This document shows positions 25,212 through 38,744 of a stretch of 64,000 bases of DNA, in pieces. The notes under the pieces are model-generated. The model was not told the DNA's origin, searched no databases, and was given only the letters and a program-made list of their open reading frames with translations. Every line of letters starts with the position of its first letter. Position 1 is the stretch's first letter. The stretch is from Octopus sinensis (taxonomy: Eukaryota). A program made the translations under genes and the position numbers. The DNA is taken from positions 111,290,001 to 111,354,000 of the forward strand of contig NC_042997.1 of the NCBI RefSeq assembly GCF_006345805.1. Reading direction: 5' to 3'.

Positions 25212-25543
25212 AATAACTACCAATACCAAGTGTAACACTCTTTCAAAGCCCGTTCGCCAGTGATGGCCATGTTTCGTTCATAGACATTATACATCAATTA
25301 TTTTGGTCAAAAACATAAAGAATATATTCTGGTTGATGTTGGAATGCTTCGATATATATCATCTGATTCTGCAAACACTCATTTGTTTGTTTTGCAGACA
25401 TTAGTAGAAATAACCAGACGACAGCCGATCACCAACGGACAGGCAGCAGTCGATTCTTTAAACAAAATGCTTTCCATTTTCTTTTTTCTTTTTATAAAAG
25501 AGGATAATAATGAAAAGTTACTAGACAAGGTTATGTCATTCTC
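25212..25543 (+). repeat. Unclassified dispersed repeat; inverted copy at 63422-63765
   Basis: About 330 bp of high similarity by eye between the two loci. Confidence 0.85.
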
Positions 25544-26431
25544 TAACCACCACCACCACCACCACCACCAAAGTCAGCATCGCCATGTCATATGCTCTTG
25601 CGCCTGACGGCAAAACTTTTCTTCCATCTGTGTGAGTGAGTTGTGTTTGCTTTTATGAAAACTGCAAAAATTCAAAGTGAGCAATCAATCGTAGTTCCTG
25701 ACATTAGGTGACTACATGATCGAGCAGACTATTGGATGTTGTTGTATATCGCTGGTCACAATGCGTCTCACATTCTTTTAGCTTTCGAAGGATACCACTC
25801 TGCTGGTTAGGTGAGCAGGCCAACATTTTCTCTGATCATAAGGCTATTCGGTCACAAGGTTACCAATTTACAGCAGTGAACATCATGAAGTGAAGTGGTT
25901 TGCTCAAGAAGACAACGCGCTACCCAGCCTGGGAATTGCACACAGGATCCAGCAATCATGAGTAGAATACTGTAACCACCAGGTCATGTGATTTCACAGT
26001 TCTTAACATATCAAATAAAAAATAACTTTTAGACTAGAAAAAAAGTTGACAGAATCACCCAGGAGGACGAAATACGTGTCTGGTGTATGTTGGACAAGCG
26101 AGATACAACTGCGCCGAGGAAACTTCCAACTTTCAACCTTCTAAATTAGAAGCTTTAACTATACGAGCAAAGCACCAAGGAAATTTGCTGTGGTTTGTTT
26201 GAAACATCGAGAAATTCTCACTGGTAGAATTAGTGGTGTCGCGGCCATACAGCAGTCACGAGTTCGATTCTCATAGCATCCTCCACCCTTTTCTCTTTGA
26301 GAAGTATTTTTACACAATATATTAGGAACTACTGTTTATAGCATCATGTGAATTTGAGCAGCTTCTAAATTCTTAAAACTTATTTTCAAATTTGTCAGTA
26401 CTTCAAACAAACATGTGCACGCACACACACA

Positions 26432-26495
<64 letters not shown>

Positions 26496-26674
26496 TCCTT
26501 AAATAACACTACAAATGATCACGATATCTGGGACTATAAAGATATACAAGACTTTCTTAAAATTTAAAACAACATCCTTTTATTTACAACTTTGGTACCT
26601 TTCTAATAAAGCGGTTGGTCAAAATTTACTCTAAATGAAAAAGAGAAAGAGAATAACATACATATATACATATG

Positions 26675-26776
<102 letters not shown>

Positions 26777-26812
26777 TATACATACGTACATATATATATA
26801 TATTTGCTAATA

Positions 26813-27365
26813 GCCTGATGCAGCATCAGACAGTGACTCTCATGGCTCCTGATCTCAACTGATTTGAAGTGTTATCATGTACATTGCTTTGTCTTGGTAT
26901 AAAAGATGGGCTACAGCAAATATTCTGCTCAATACCACAGATTTGCTTGTCAGTTGTTTGACCTTAACCAGTCAAGCATGTCTCTTAGTGGCTGACGATA
27001 TGTGCATCTCTGATCACGGGCAGAAGTAGTGGAGCATCATCATAGCCATGTGTTGAGAGGAATTCTTGGAGGTTTGGATAATTCAGTTTTGGAAACATGA
27101 GTGGTTCATTCAACATCCTTAAACAATCCTTATTCAGGAACCTTTTCAATGGGATGCGCTACTCAACCAGAAGAAAATTCTAATTGGGCCCCACCCGTAA
27201 GGTCATGTGCTGTTTATCTTGATATGAGATCACCATGTCGCGCACATATGGTTGTGATGCATGTGTCTGGTGTACCCTTATCAGACCGGTAGTCATGATG
27301 GGTATACTAGACTTTGTATATTTTACCCCAGTGTCACTTTGATGGCATGCACTGCTCTCTCATTC

Positions 27366-27407
<42 letters not shown>
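26813..27407 (+). mobile_element. Non-coding retroposon ending in (TAA)n (possible R4/Dong-dependent element)
   Basis: Ends ..GCATGCACTGCTCTCTCATTC(AAT)n. Inverted 3'-end fragments at 31165-31275 and 58668-58870 are also anchored on ATT repeats. Confidence 0.6.
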
Positions 27408-28168
27408 TTTAAAACTCCTTGATGCTGCTAGATATTCCTTGTGATGCACCGTTTGAGAGTTTCTGTTGAGGGTTTTTGTTTAGTCTTTTGGTTAAAGAGT
27501 CGCAGAAATTTTTAGCTGCTTTGAACGTTTTTCACTGAATCTCATTGGAATGAAAAGGATGGTTTCTTTATATCCATTTCTTATGATTTTGGCTGTGAAA
27601 AATTGCTGCAAAAACTCCACCGATTCAACGAAGTTCACACTTCAGAATTTAAAATTCCATTACTGTTATAATTTTCATGGCTGTGAACTTGTTTGTCTTT
27701 CTAATTTATTCTATAATAAGGACGAACCAAATCTTACAACGGTCACATAACGCCATTTTTCCAATGTCCTTCCAATTTGATAATGAAATATGTTTCCGTT
27801 TGATGTAGTACCATTTAATACAGGATTAATACAACGAAGCTACGCCATTAATCATTTAATTATTCAATAATTTTGTACTGACAAACCTCAGCATCAAACG
27901 TCTGAAACACGGCATTTCAATACATGTTAACCTAATTTAGAAACTTCAAAGCGCTACCCACCAAGCCTTTCTAATAACATCAAGCAAATTTAGCGTTCTT
28001 TAAACCTTATTATTTATTCATGATTATTCAAATGTATCGGTGACGAACAAACACATTTTGGTGCACGGGATTTTGAAATCCAACTGTTATGAAATATCTT
28101 AAATGGTGGTTTTCCGATGTAACTTCACGAGGTTGTCAATTAACTACACTTTACTAATGTCTGTAATA

Positions 28169-28317
28169 CAATGGTTCCCAACCTGTGGTCCACAGCCCCT
28201 GGGTGGTCCGCAAAGGTAGTACTGGGGATCAGTGAAATTGTTAAGCTGACAGACCTTTCGGTATTCTGGGGTCCGTTGGAAAACTCATTTAAATATTGAA
28301 AAGGCTGGGAACCACTG
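28169..28317. mobile_element. hAT-type MITE
   Basis: TIRs CAATGGTTCCCA / TGGGAACCACTG; perfect 8-bp TSD CTGTAATA. Confidence 0.9.
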
Positions 28318-28769
28318 CTGTAATACAAGAAGCTGGAGACCTTACCAATACCTGTAATATCCGTGGGATTACTAATCACAGTCTGGTCCTTGATTTTGAA
28401 AGCAATATCGCGGTTAGTGTTGTTGTTTAGGTTGACCAGACTTAAGAGCAATGGCATTCCAGCCGTGGCCGTTCAGTTTATTTTTCAGGAATAGTATATT
28501 CTGGACTACATCATCCAATGTGTCGTCTTTTCAGACAATTGGTAGTGGTTCTGAGGGTGATTTGGCTGTTATACCAAGCATGTTGTATGACCCAAAAGGG
28601 CGTCCATCATTGTCTACAGATCAAGGTAAAAAGTTTTGTTTATTTTGTGTTGTTGTTATTTGATCCCTGATCAGTCCCAGATCCCGCTTGGCTCAAGCGT
28701 TCCAGTCACGACCAACCCTACCCTTCTCTCAGTCTTTGTGTATCTAGGACTCTGCCTTACACAGTGTAA

Positions 28770-29065
28770 AGGTGCGTGACGTAGTGGTTAGAGTATTCAA
28801 CTCACGTTCGTATGGTCGTGAGTTCGATTCCAGGCGCTGCAGTGTCCTTGAGCAAGACTCTTTATTTCACGATGCTCCAGTCCACTCAGCTGGCAAAAAT
28901 GAATTGTACCTGTAATTACCTGTCACATTCTGTATCACACAGAATCTCCCAGAGAACTGCATTAAGGGTACGCATATCTATGGCGTACTCAGCCAATTTC
29001 ACGAGCGCGCTGTTCCGTTGCTCCGATCAACTGGAACATTCCATCATCGTAACGGATGACAGAGT
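28770..29065 (+). mobile_element. tRNA/CORE SINE family D; other copies at 41825-42030 and 49105-49390
   Basis: A box GTAGTGG, B box GAGTTCGATTCC, CORE-like GTGTCCTTGAGCAAGAC, shared 3' body. Confidence 0.8.
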
Positions 29066-29512
29066 GCATGTATGGTGGTGTAACCATGGCGACATCATTT
29101 ATTAAATTCTGTTATGGTTTGAGTTTTCTGCTTTTCAGCAATAAATGTATTCCTGAGACAAGGATTTTGTATCTTTTATAATTTTTTTTACTTTGTTTCA
29201 GTCATTGGACTGTGGCCATGCTGGGGTACCAACTTGAATTTTAGTTGAATACATCGATGCAAATACTTACGTTTTTTCCTTTAACTTTGATATTTATTGT
29301 GTCAGGCTCTTTTGCTTGTCGTGCTAACGTTTCTGCCAGGCTCCCCCGCCTTACACCTGCAATAATTATTTTTCAACTTTTGTCACATTTCTTTGTGCTT
29401 ACATAAAATGAGGAAAGGAAAACTAAAGTACAAAAGAATAATATTCAAATTTCTCTTTTGTATAACCCCTCCCCAAAAACTATTGCCATTTACTCTCTCT
29501 CCTTCTCTGTTC

Positions 29513-29559
<47 letters not shown>

Positions 29560-29832
29560 GCTTCCCCGACTATTTTCTCTCTCATTGCATGTGTGTGTGT
29601 ATAACTTTGCCAGCCACCAAGCCAAGTATGTACACTCATCCTACACCCCTCTTGTTAATTCTCTCTCTCTCTCCTCTCTCTCTCTCTCTGTATCTCCCTG
29701 TTACTCTCTCTTTCGCTCTCTCTATACAATGTAAAGCATAACTGCAGATTTAGCCAATCAAGCAACCAACCAACATTTATATCGGCTGTTATAAGATTTA
29801 TATAGGTGTGGCCCTGAAGTAAGAAGTTTGCT

Positions 29833-30439
29833 GCATCTTTACCTTTTGACCGACAGATTTAAAAAATAATTCTTTGTAAATAAACACTTTCAAACTTCAG
29901 ACACTGGTAGAATGTGTCATATAAAACATCTTTTACTCTTAGCGTTTTTGAGAAAAACTTATATTTAGGAAGTTATTTCACGTTAAAGTTGTCCTATTTC
30001 TGTAATTTCAACCAATCAATGACGCTGAATAAAATTACTGTCGTTTGTCAACAACAACTATCGGCTGTGTATATTTCGTTTGTCCCTGTTTTTTATGACA
30101 ACCCTAACCCTAACCCTAGCCCTAAAACCTTAACCCTAACCCTAAAATCCTGACCCTAACCCTAAAACCCTAACCCTAACCCTAAATTCTTAAAGCTAAA
30201 ACCAGTACAAACGAACGAACGATGTCATAAATAACAGTGACAAACGAAATATACACCGCCGATAGTTGTTGACAAACAATGGCAGTAATTTTATTCAACT
30301 GAATACACGTCATTGATTGGTTGAAATTACCGAAATACAACTTTAACAAGAAATAACTTCCTAAATATAAGCTCTTCTCAAAAAGTGTTTAGTTACAAAA
30401 AATTATTAAAAAAATCTGTCGGTCAAAAGGTAAAGATCC
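29833..30439. mobile_element. Merlin-like foldback MITE with a (CCCTAA)n centre, inserted in the head of a family A SINE (29800-30800)
   Basis: TSD AGTTTGCT/AGTTTGTT duplicates SINE sequence. Arms exceed 200 bp. Telomere-like array at 30101-30195. Confidence 0.85.
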
Positions 30440-31635
30440 AGTTTGTTTCCTAACCACATGGTTCCGGGTTCAGTCCCACTGCATGGCATCCTAGGCAATT
30501 GTCTTCAGTTATAACCCCGGGCCAATCAAAGCCATGTGAGTGGATGTGGTCACGTGAGTGGATTTACATAAATACATACATACATATGTAAATGTTAATA
30601 TGTATCTATATGTGCGGATCTTTGTGTTTGTGTTTGTCATCCACCACCGCTTGACAACCGGTGTTGGTGCATTTACGTCCTCGTCACTTAGCGGTTCGGC
30701 TAATGATACTGATAGAATAAGTACAAGGCTACAAAAAAAAAAAACGACTGGGACGATTCGACCAAAATTCCTTCAAGGCGGTGCTCCAGTATGGTCGCAG
30801 CCAAAATCACTGTAGCAAGTAAAAGATAAACACACACACACACATTTGAGCTAAGAGATAATTATACATACATGTGTGTGTGTGCGCGCGCGTGTGTGTA
30901 CATACACACATACACCCACGACAATCTGCTCATGAGCAATTCTAAATTGGTCGCCAATCACAAAGATAAAAGCCACGCCATTCTGATGACGGAAGAGAGG
31001 AAGATGGCGGGAGCGTATGGGTCAATTTAGTGCGTTTCACGGACTTTTAGTTAAAGTCTCAGCACAACGATTCTAAAAGAGAAATAAATAAATAAATGAC
31101 ATAAAAACAAAGAAGATATTTAACACGCATCGCATCCATCATATGATGATTATTAATTATTAATTATTATTATTGAATGAGAGAGCAGCGCATGCCATCA
31201 AAGTAACACTGGGGTACAATTATACGAGGCCCAATATACCCATCATGACTGATAAGGGTACACCAAGCACTATTGTTATTATTATTAAATTGATATATGA
31301 ATCGATCTAGTGTTTAGAATATGAGAGGAAATGTTATATTGTTGTCACTCTACAACAGATGGTGGTGGTTGTTGCTATAGTTGTTGTTATGGTGGTGGCG
31401 GCTACGGCGGTGATGTAGTGATGCTGGTGTCGGTGACTTAACAATAATTTCATTCACAACCTGAAACTGAAATTTTGTTCTTCGCTTATCCTCACACTCT
31501 GTATAAGCACCACCACAACCACCACCACCGCCGCCGCCGCCCGCTACCACCACTACTACAAACACCAAAGCAAACTGCGTTACTATCATCATCATCGTAA
31601 TCATTATCACCATCATCACCACCACCACCACCACC

Positions 31636-31666
<31 letters not shown>

Positions 31667-31718
31667 CCATCATCATCATCGTCATTGCGACGATGCATGG
31701 CTAAGTGTTAGTCTTTTG

Positions 31719-32136
31719 GGATCTTTTCGGTTTGAACGGCAGTTTTTAACATAATTTCTAGGTAACTAAAAAATTTTAAACTTCGTATACTGGTAGAATG
31801 TGCTTATGAAATATCTTTTCCTCTTGGCTTTATTGAGAAAATTCTATAGTTTGTAAGATATTTGTTGTTTTTTTCTTCAATTTCTGCAATTTCAACCAAT
31901 CACTGACGTCCATTGAGGTAAAAAAAACATTCTGTGCCGTATGAATATGTCCCTCGTTTAAGAAACAGATTGGGTTTATTTACATTTGTGAAGAAAAAAA
32001 GATACCCTTCCCCCCACCCCTAACCCTAACCCTAAAATAGATTGAAATGCAATAGATCGATACTTGGGTCATAATTATGGGTGACAATTTCATATGACAC
32101 TGCTAGAAAAAACTGCCGTTCAAACCGAAAAGATCC
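31719..32136 (+). mobile_element. Merlin-like MITE (GGATC TIR)
   Basis: 28-bp TIRs; TSD GTCTTTTG/GTCTTTTC. Confidence 0.85.
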
Positions 32137-32179
32137 GTCTTTTCAAAAAGAAAAACACATCTCGGCAATATGATCCCTA

Positions 32180-32760
32180 GAAACATTAGCTGTGAGTCGG
32201 GAGTCTTAAAGGGACTTGGACATGCTGATGCAGTCGTGGACTCACTGGACAAGGCTGGTTGGTGCTGCCGATATCAGAGCAAGAGGACAAAGGTTCGTGT
32301 CTTCGAGTCTCTAGTCCTCCCTCTCCTACTCCATAGTTGTGAAACTTAGACACTATCGAGGGCCTTTAGGGACCTCCTGAAATCCTTTGGTACCACGATG
32401 TTTCACAGGATTATAGGTTACCGTAGTCGGATTTCGTAACCAACCAACGACTCTTCTCAGAAACTAGTCATGTTTCTTGTATGATTCAAGAACACCAGTT
32501 CAGACTGTTTGGCCATGTTGCCCTGTTTTCCCAGTCAGACCTGCTTACCGTGTTCTTTTCTCTGAGGATCTGGCTGGGTTAGTGGCTTGTGTTGGTCGAC
32601 CATATGCCAAAGAGTCACAACGGATGGAGACTGGCTGCGACACTCTCGGAAAATTGCCCGAAACGATCCGAGTATATACCAAGAAATGGTGGACGCAGCA
32701 ACGTGCTTCAATGGCGCATGTCTCCATACGTGACCTGATCGGAGTTTAAATCTTGGTACA
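32180..32760 (+). mobile_element. RTE-clade LINE 3' remnant
   Basis: RYQSKRTKVRVFESLVLPLLLHSCET*TL..FGTTMFHRIIGY..LFGHVA..GRP, the post-RT RTE motifs, with stops and frameshifts. Confidence 0.75.
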
Positions 32761-33651
32761 GATATATGACAGCCAATTGCCCTACCCTTAAGTTCCCACA
32801 CTAACTACAACACCCAGTGCTTTCTCTCCAGCATTCGATCCTTCTCTGTCTTTCCTGCAGTTGTCGATTTATAACTGTGCAGTTGAGACATCATTGACAT
32901 CAACCTCATCAGGGTTGTTCGAAGGTCTGTGAAAGCTATGGGCGTGCCCCTTTAAACATGGCAAATGAAAAAATATAAAAATTTACATTAAACACCCATA
33001 AAACATTTGCCACATAAGAAACTCAAAACGTATGCGCACAGGTGGCATCATTTGAAGGCTAAAAAAACAATGCGAAGCGCATTGTGACCAACGATGTGTA
33101 GCAACATCTGATAACCTGGTCAGTCACGGTGATATATATATATGGATATATATACTGAGCACCTATTAATAATAATACTGTAATTGTTCCTGTTGTTGTT
33201 GTTTTTTTTGTTTCCCGTTTGGATTAAAATATATATATATATATATAGCACGCGCAAACAACTCATCCACACTACGCATGTGCAAACAATACATAACCAT
33301 TGTAAACAACACAACCAACGGGGGAGCTATGTGGTTGTTCGATCTGCTAGAAATAACAGCCAAATCTCTCTCAAATTGTTAAAGGAGATATTGAACAATA
33401 CAAACTCTAACGTTACAAAAAGTCAGTGTGGCCATGGCTGGAATGCCTCTGGTAATAGGTCTTCAAAATCAGATATACTAATACAGAACATTGTACAGAC
33501 AACCACGTTAAAACATACACACATACTGACATCCACTGCACAGAACATACACACACATATATGGACACATACATATACACACGAGCGCGCGCATACGAAA
33601 AAGTGTACAATACGTGTGTGTGTATGTGTATGTATGTATGTATGTATATAT

Positions 33652-33696
<45 letters not shown>

Positions 33697-33944
33697 ACAT
33701 ATACATCTCTGTGTGTCTCTCTCAATACACCTTGTTTGTTGTTCGCTCACCTGTCTCCGTCTTGTTTTTTGTTGTGTACATTTTTGTATCGAGTGAGGGT
33801 GTGTGTGTGTGTGTGTGTGTATGTGTGTACACTTAGATACTCGTACAGAGAAAGAGAGAGAGAGAGACACTGAGTGTTAGAGAGAGAGAAGAGAAATCTA
33901 AGTGCCTAATTATACGCACAGAATACAACCAAAAATACATACAC

Positions 33945-33986
<42 letters not shown>

Positions 33987-34742
33987 GCATACACACGACA
34001 TGGACATATAATCAAACACACATATAAACGTGACTATTATATATACACATATATACATTGTGTGTGTGAGAGAGAGAGAGAGGTAAGGAATATTGGGAGA
34101 AGTAGGCCAAAGAGTTAACGAAATGAGATGAAAAGATTTCTCTGCGAAGCTTTTAGTCTTTCACTGACGTCAACATTTCCCAGCATGCAGCAGCAGCAGC
34201 GGTGTTGTTAGTTCTACTTCGACAGATGGATGATTCATAGATATTTAGTATGGGGGAGGGGTGGAGAGGTGGAGAGAGAAAGAGGGATAGGGGAGGGGCG
34301 GGTAATCTAGGGTCCGTCATCAGTTGTACAGCTGCTACTGCTGCTAAAGGTGATGATGATGATATTTGCGATCATCCATAAACGTGATCATTACGGTAAA
34401 GATCATCATCATCATTATCATAGTTCATAGTCGTCGTCGTCAACACCACCATCATCATCACTATCATCGCTGCCGTTACAATGACGTCGTCCTCTGCATC
34501 ATCATCATCATTATCATCATCATCATCATCAACATCATCACAGTTAATATTGGTGAAGATGGTGACGGCGTGACGGAGAGAGAGAGAGACGGAATGCCAA
34601 CTAAAGGCACTCTGGTATTTATACACACACACACACACACGTATATACATATACACAAAAGCATACAATACACTCACACGCACACATATACACACAATCA
34701 TACACATATACACACGCATACACACAAATCACACACATGCAA

Positions 34743-34778
<36 letters not shown>

Positions 34779-35104
34779 GAGGTATACGTTTATATACGCA
34801 CACACACAGGAGGTATACGTGTATATACGCACACACACACACACACGCACACATAAAACCATTCACACACACCCTCATAACACCCTAAACACTTCTGGGT
34901 ACCATCAGCAACAACAAACTCACCCAACCCACCTGGATGATCAAGCTCCAGTATTTACTAAACCGACCCCACCCTCATTACATCCTTTCAGCAACCTCTC
35001 CACCCCTATATATATATAACATATACCTTGCATATAAACGACCCCACTCACTCTAAAGCCGGGGGTTCTCAGCCATTCTTTATCTATGGACCCCTTTACT
35101 TTTT

Positions 35105-35478
35105 TACTTGTTTCAGTCATTTGACTGTGGCCATGCTCAAACACTGTCTTTAAGTCAAGCAAATCGACCCCAGGACTTATTCTTTGTAAGCCTAGTACTT
35201 ATTCTATCGGTCTCTATTGCCGAACCGCTAAGTTACGGGGACGTAAACACACCAGCATCGGTTGTCAAGCGATGTTGGGGGGGGGGACAAACACAGACAC
35301 ACAAACACATATATACGACGGGCTTCTTTCAGTTTCTGTCTACCAAATCCACTCACAAAGCTTTGGTTGGTCGGAGGCTATAGTAGAAGACAGTTGCCCA
35401 AGGTGCCACACTGTGGGACTGAACCCGGAACTATGTGGTTGGTAAGCAAGCTACTTGCCACACAGCCACTCCTGCACC
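35105..35478 (-). mobile_element. SINE family A, full copy with a very short spacer
   Basis: Reverse-complement match. Confidence 0.9.
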
Positions 35479-36121
35479 TATGATAACAATTTTATTCTTG
35501 TGGACTCCATAGCCATTCAATGTTTAAAACCTAATTTTACATATACAGCAATACCTCGCAGATCGAGTTTAATTCGTTCCATGACCAAGCTCGTTTTACG
35601 ATTTCCCCCCACCACCACATTGAAATTAACTAAAATATAATTAATCCGTTCCACCCCCACCAAAAAAAACCCCAAAAAAAACACTCGAAAATATTTTTTT
35701 ATGTTTTAAAACAGAAAAGGTATAATTACAAGTAAAATGACAATTATAAAAAAGAGAATACAAAAGAAATATGTAAAGTGGTTTTATTAACTCCGACCAA
35801 TAGAATAAGTACTAGGCTTACAAAGAATATGTCCTAGGGGCGATTTGCTTGACTAAAGGTGGTCCTCCAGCATGGCCGCAGTCAAATGACTGAAACAAGG
35901 AAAAGAGTAAAAAGAGAGAGAGTGAATTACCTTAAAGATGGGACGATTTGTGTGCTCGTACTGCAGATTTCCGCTTGTACTTCAAGACAAAAATTTGCAT
36001 AAGTCTCATCTCATACAGCAAACTACTCACTAATGGTGCACTCGTACCGTGAGGTTCTACTGTATTTCTTTCAAAATTTCTATTCTGTTTTTCACCCATT
36101 AAACGTTTGTAGGTTGAACTA

Positions 36122-36623
36122 CCGTAAATCCTCGAGTATAATCCGCAATTTTCCCCCAAAATGGTCAAGATCCCTAGTGCGTACTATATACAAGGTTAAA
36201 AATAAAAAATAAAATCTAAGCAATGTCCGAGTCTGTTTGCTGTTCGGCAAAGTTTATTCAGACGCATTTTGTGATGTCAGGTGCGAAAATACCTTAAGCT
36301 CAGCCTGAAAGCAATGAAGTCATAAAAGAATCATCCATAACTTGCAGTAAGCAACATTTATGAAACGTTATTACTGTTATATTTTTATTTTTTGCAAACA
36401 AAATGCACAAAATAGCTACACGTTTGCATTATGTTGTATATACAATAATAATAAAGGACGTTACCGTATACATTTTTACAAACCAAGGACGTTATATAGA
36501 CCTTGACTCAAGTTAGAGAAGGGGTCCATATTATACACAAGGTTTAGGTTTTTCAGTGGCACAGCCCCCTAAAAATCCGCTGCGTATTATACTCAAGGGC
36601 GGACTATACTCGAAGATTTACGG
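36122..36623 (-). mobile_element. pogo/Tigger-like MITE
   Basis: TA-CCGTAAATCCTCGAGTATA ... TATACTCGAAGATTTACGG-TA; homolog of 22440-22941. Confidence 0.85.
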
Positions 36624-37779
36624 TATGTAAAATGTAAAAGAAACATCGTAGCTGTTTCTTACAATAAATGCTTTGAAAGCAAGACTTTTTCACGAACCCT
36701 TAAAATACTACAGTGAATCCCCAGTTTACTATTTAGTTGTATGGAACCCCTCCCCCACCAAAAGAAATCTTATATGGTCCCTCAGGGGCCATATGGACCC
36801 AGGTTGAGAACCTATGGCTTAAACAATCAGCCCCACGAACTGTAGCTTTGTCCCTTCACCAAACAGGGTATCCTACAATTAGATGAAGGCAGGTATATCA
36901 AATACCGTTTGATTTTTATCTGTTATCTTTTACTTGTTTCAGCCATTAGACAACGGCCATGCTGGAACACCACCTTCAAGAATCTTGAGTCGAATGAAAG
37001 GATCCTAGTACTTTTCTTTTTAAGCCTCAGAATTATTCTATCAGTCTCCTTTACTGAACAGCTAAGCGATGGGGACATGAATACACAAACACAGTTGTCA
37101 AGCGGTGGTAGGAGACAAAGACACACATATATGCACGCGCGCGCGTGTGTGTGGTTGTATAAAATTGGATGAGTCACAAAAAAAACAGGCAGCCATATTT
37201 TTAATTGAGTGGAAGGTCATATTTTTAAAAAAATTAAATACAGTATTATATTCTCATATCAGCCACCTTACCAATCTGTTTCATAAAAGGGGCTAGTATG
37301 AAACAAATCAGTCTTTCTGATGATTGCCAGGTTTCCCCCAGCTCCTGGTATGAAACCGATTGTTAATATATACTATACCTATATCAGAGTGACTAGTGGT
37401 GTGTAATATGATCAACATAGACAAATACAAGCATAGGAAACATCATGCAACATAAATTCTTGATTCATTAAAAACCATCTCTGCGTCTTTGGAGACGCTC
37501 TATATAAGAAAGGGAGATAATCTCAAGGATCAAGATTTCTCTAAAATTGACATGCCATTCAGGAAAAGAACAGGTTTACTGTCTGGAGATAAGCAGACAG
37601 CTGTTGGTAGGTATTTCAGCCTCTATATGCGTCATCAGCACAACAGTTATTTTTCCCTATCTCTAACAGCCAAGGGGGTGGGGTAGACATATACAAAAAG
37701 AGCAGAACACACTCACAACTTATGTAATTATCTCCCCTTCTCAAATGGGCGCTGTTCTCAAATGCCATTTGGTAATAGG

Positions 37780-38520
37780 GACACATTCTTTAGAAGTGGA
37801 AATAATGTTAAATAAATCTAAGAACTTATATTCTATAGTATTTGATATTCCTGTATTTATCTATGATATTCCAGTCATTGGTTGCCGTGGATAGGATTGC
37901 TTGCAGAACCCTCTTCCATTTACTCATTCTGTCATGGTATTGCTTGTTCATCTGTATCATGAGCAGGTGTTTACATTGTTCCAGCTTTATTGATTTTGTT
38001 AGGTCATCTTCTCTTGTCTTTTATTACTTCTAACCTTGCTTCATCTGTTATGGTAGTCGTCATCGTCGTTATTATTATTATTATTACTATTATGTTTGTA
38101 GTTAAGTGCCGAGGCTATCTCTTTTTTGTTGTAACTGTATATTTCGTTGAACGTTGCTATGGTAACATCTATGGTCTTCATTTCATTTGGTAGTTTAATT
38201 CTTTTTTTCCTTTGTGCTTACTGTTAATTCGTTGTTATGCTATACCCATTTCATGTGTGTTGAGTTCTGTAGAAGTCTCACTGTTTTCAGGGATCGTTCA
38301 TTGTATGTGGTTGTCTTGTCTTTTGTTGTGATACTATTATTAGTTTGTGAAAGGTCATGTAGTTTTTCGTGTGTAGAAGGTTGTTTATGTGAAGATGGTA
38401 GTTTAGTTTTATTTTTAATATGTTTTCTTCTTAAAAGGTTTATTTAAATTTTTGGCAGTTTGTTATGTGTTTTTATAAATCTCCGTACGTTCGCTACTAT
38501 GTTCGCATTGACAGTTTCTT
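37780..38520 (-). mobile_element. Highly decayed Penelope-like RT-linker/endonuclease remnant
   Basis: Fragments NIVANVRRFIKTHNKLPKI, FNEIYSYN and WNIIDKY resemble PLE motifs (HFPK.HKLHKIFN; FK.RY.NH; WSI). Confidence 0.35.
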
Positions 38521-38744
38521 CACTTCATTTTGCTTTCCGCAGATATAACAACTACCCCACCAAAACTACTACTACCACCACCACCACTACTACAATAATA
38601 ATAATAATAATAAGAGAGAACACCAGGGACATTTAACATGTGAGAGCGATAAAACGAGAGAAAACCGGGGATGTTTAATATGTGAGAGCGACAAAACACT
38701 GATCTGAAATCTATTTGGTATTGCATCACATGTTGAGCGATTGC

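Noticed and set aside
30101-30195. True telomere or chromosome fusion scar
   Set aside because: The tract is short, degenerate and enclosed by transposon TIRs with a TSD.
32865-32915. CUGAUGA + 6-bp stem + GCACAGUUAUA (minus strand)
   Set aside because: It needs four changes to restore GAAACAGCUGUA and has no stem I. At best a relic.
35060-36816. Single hAT element split by SINE and MITE insertions
   Set aside because: The termini are degenerate and the flanking 8-mers do not match, so the two ends cannot be paired confidently.
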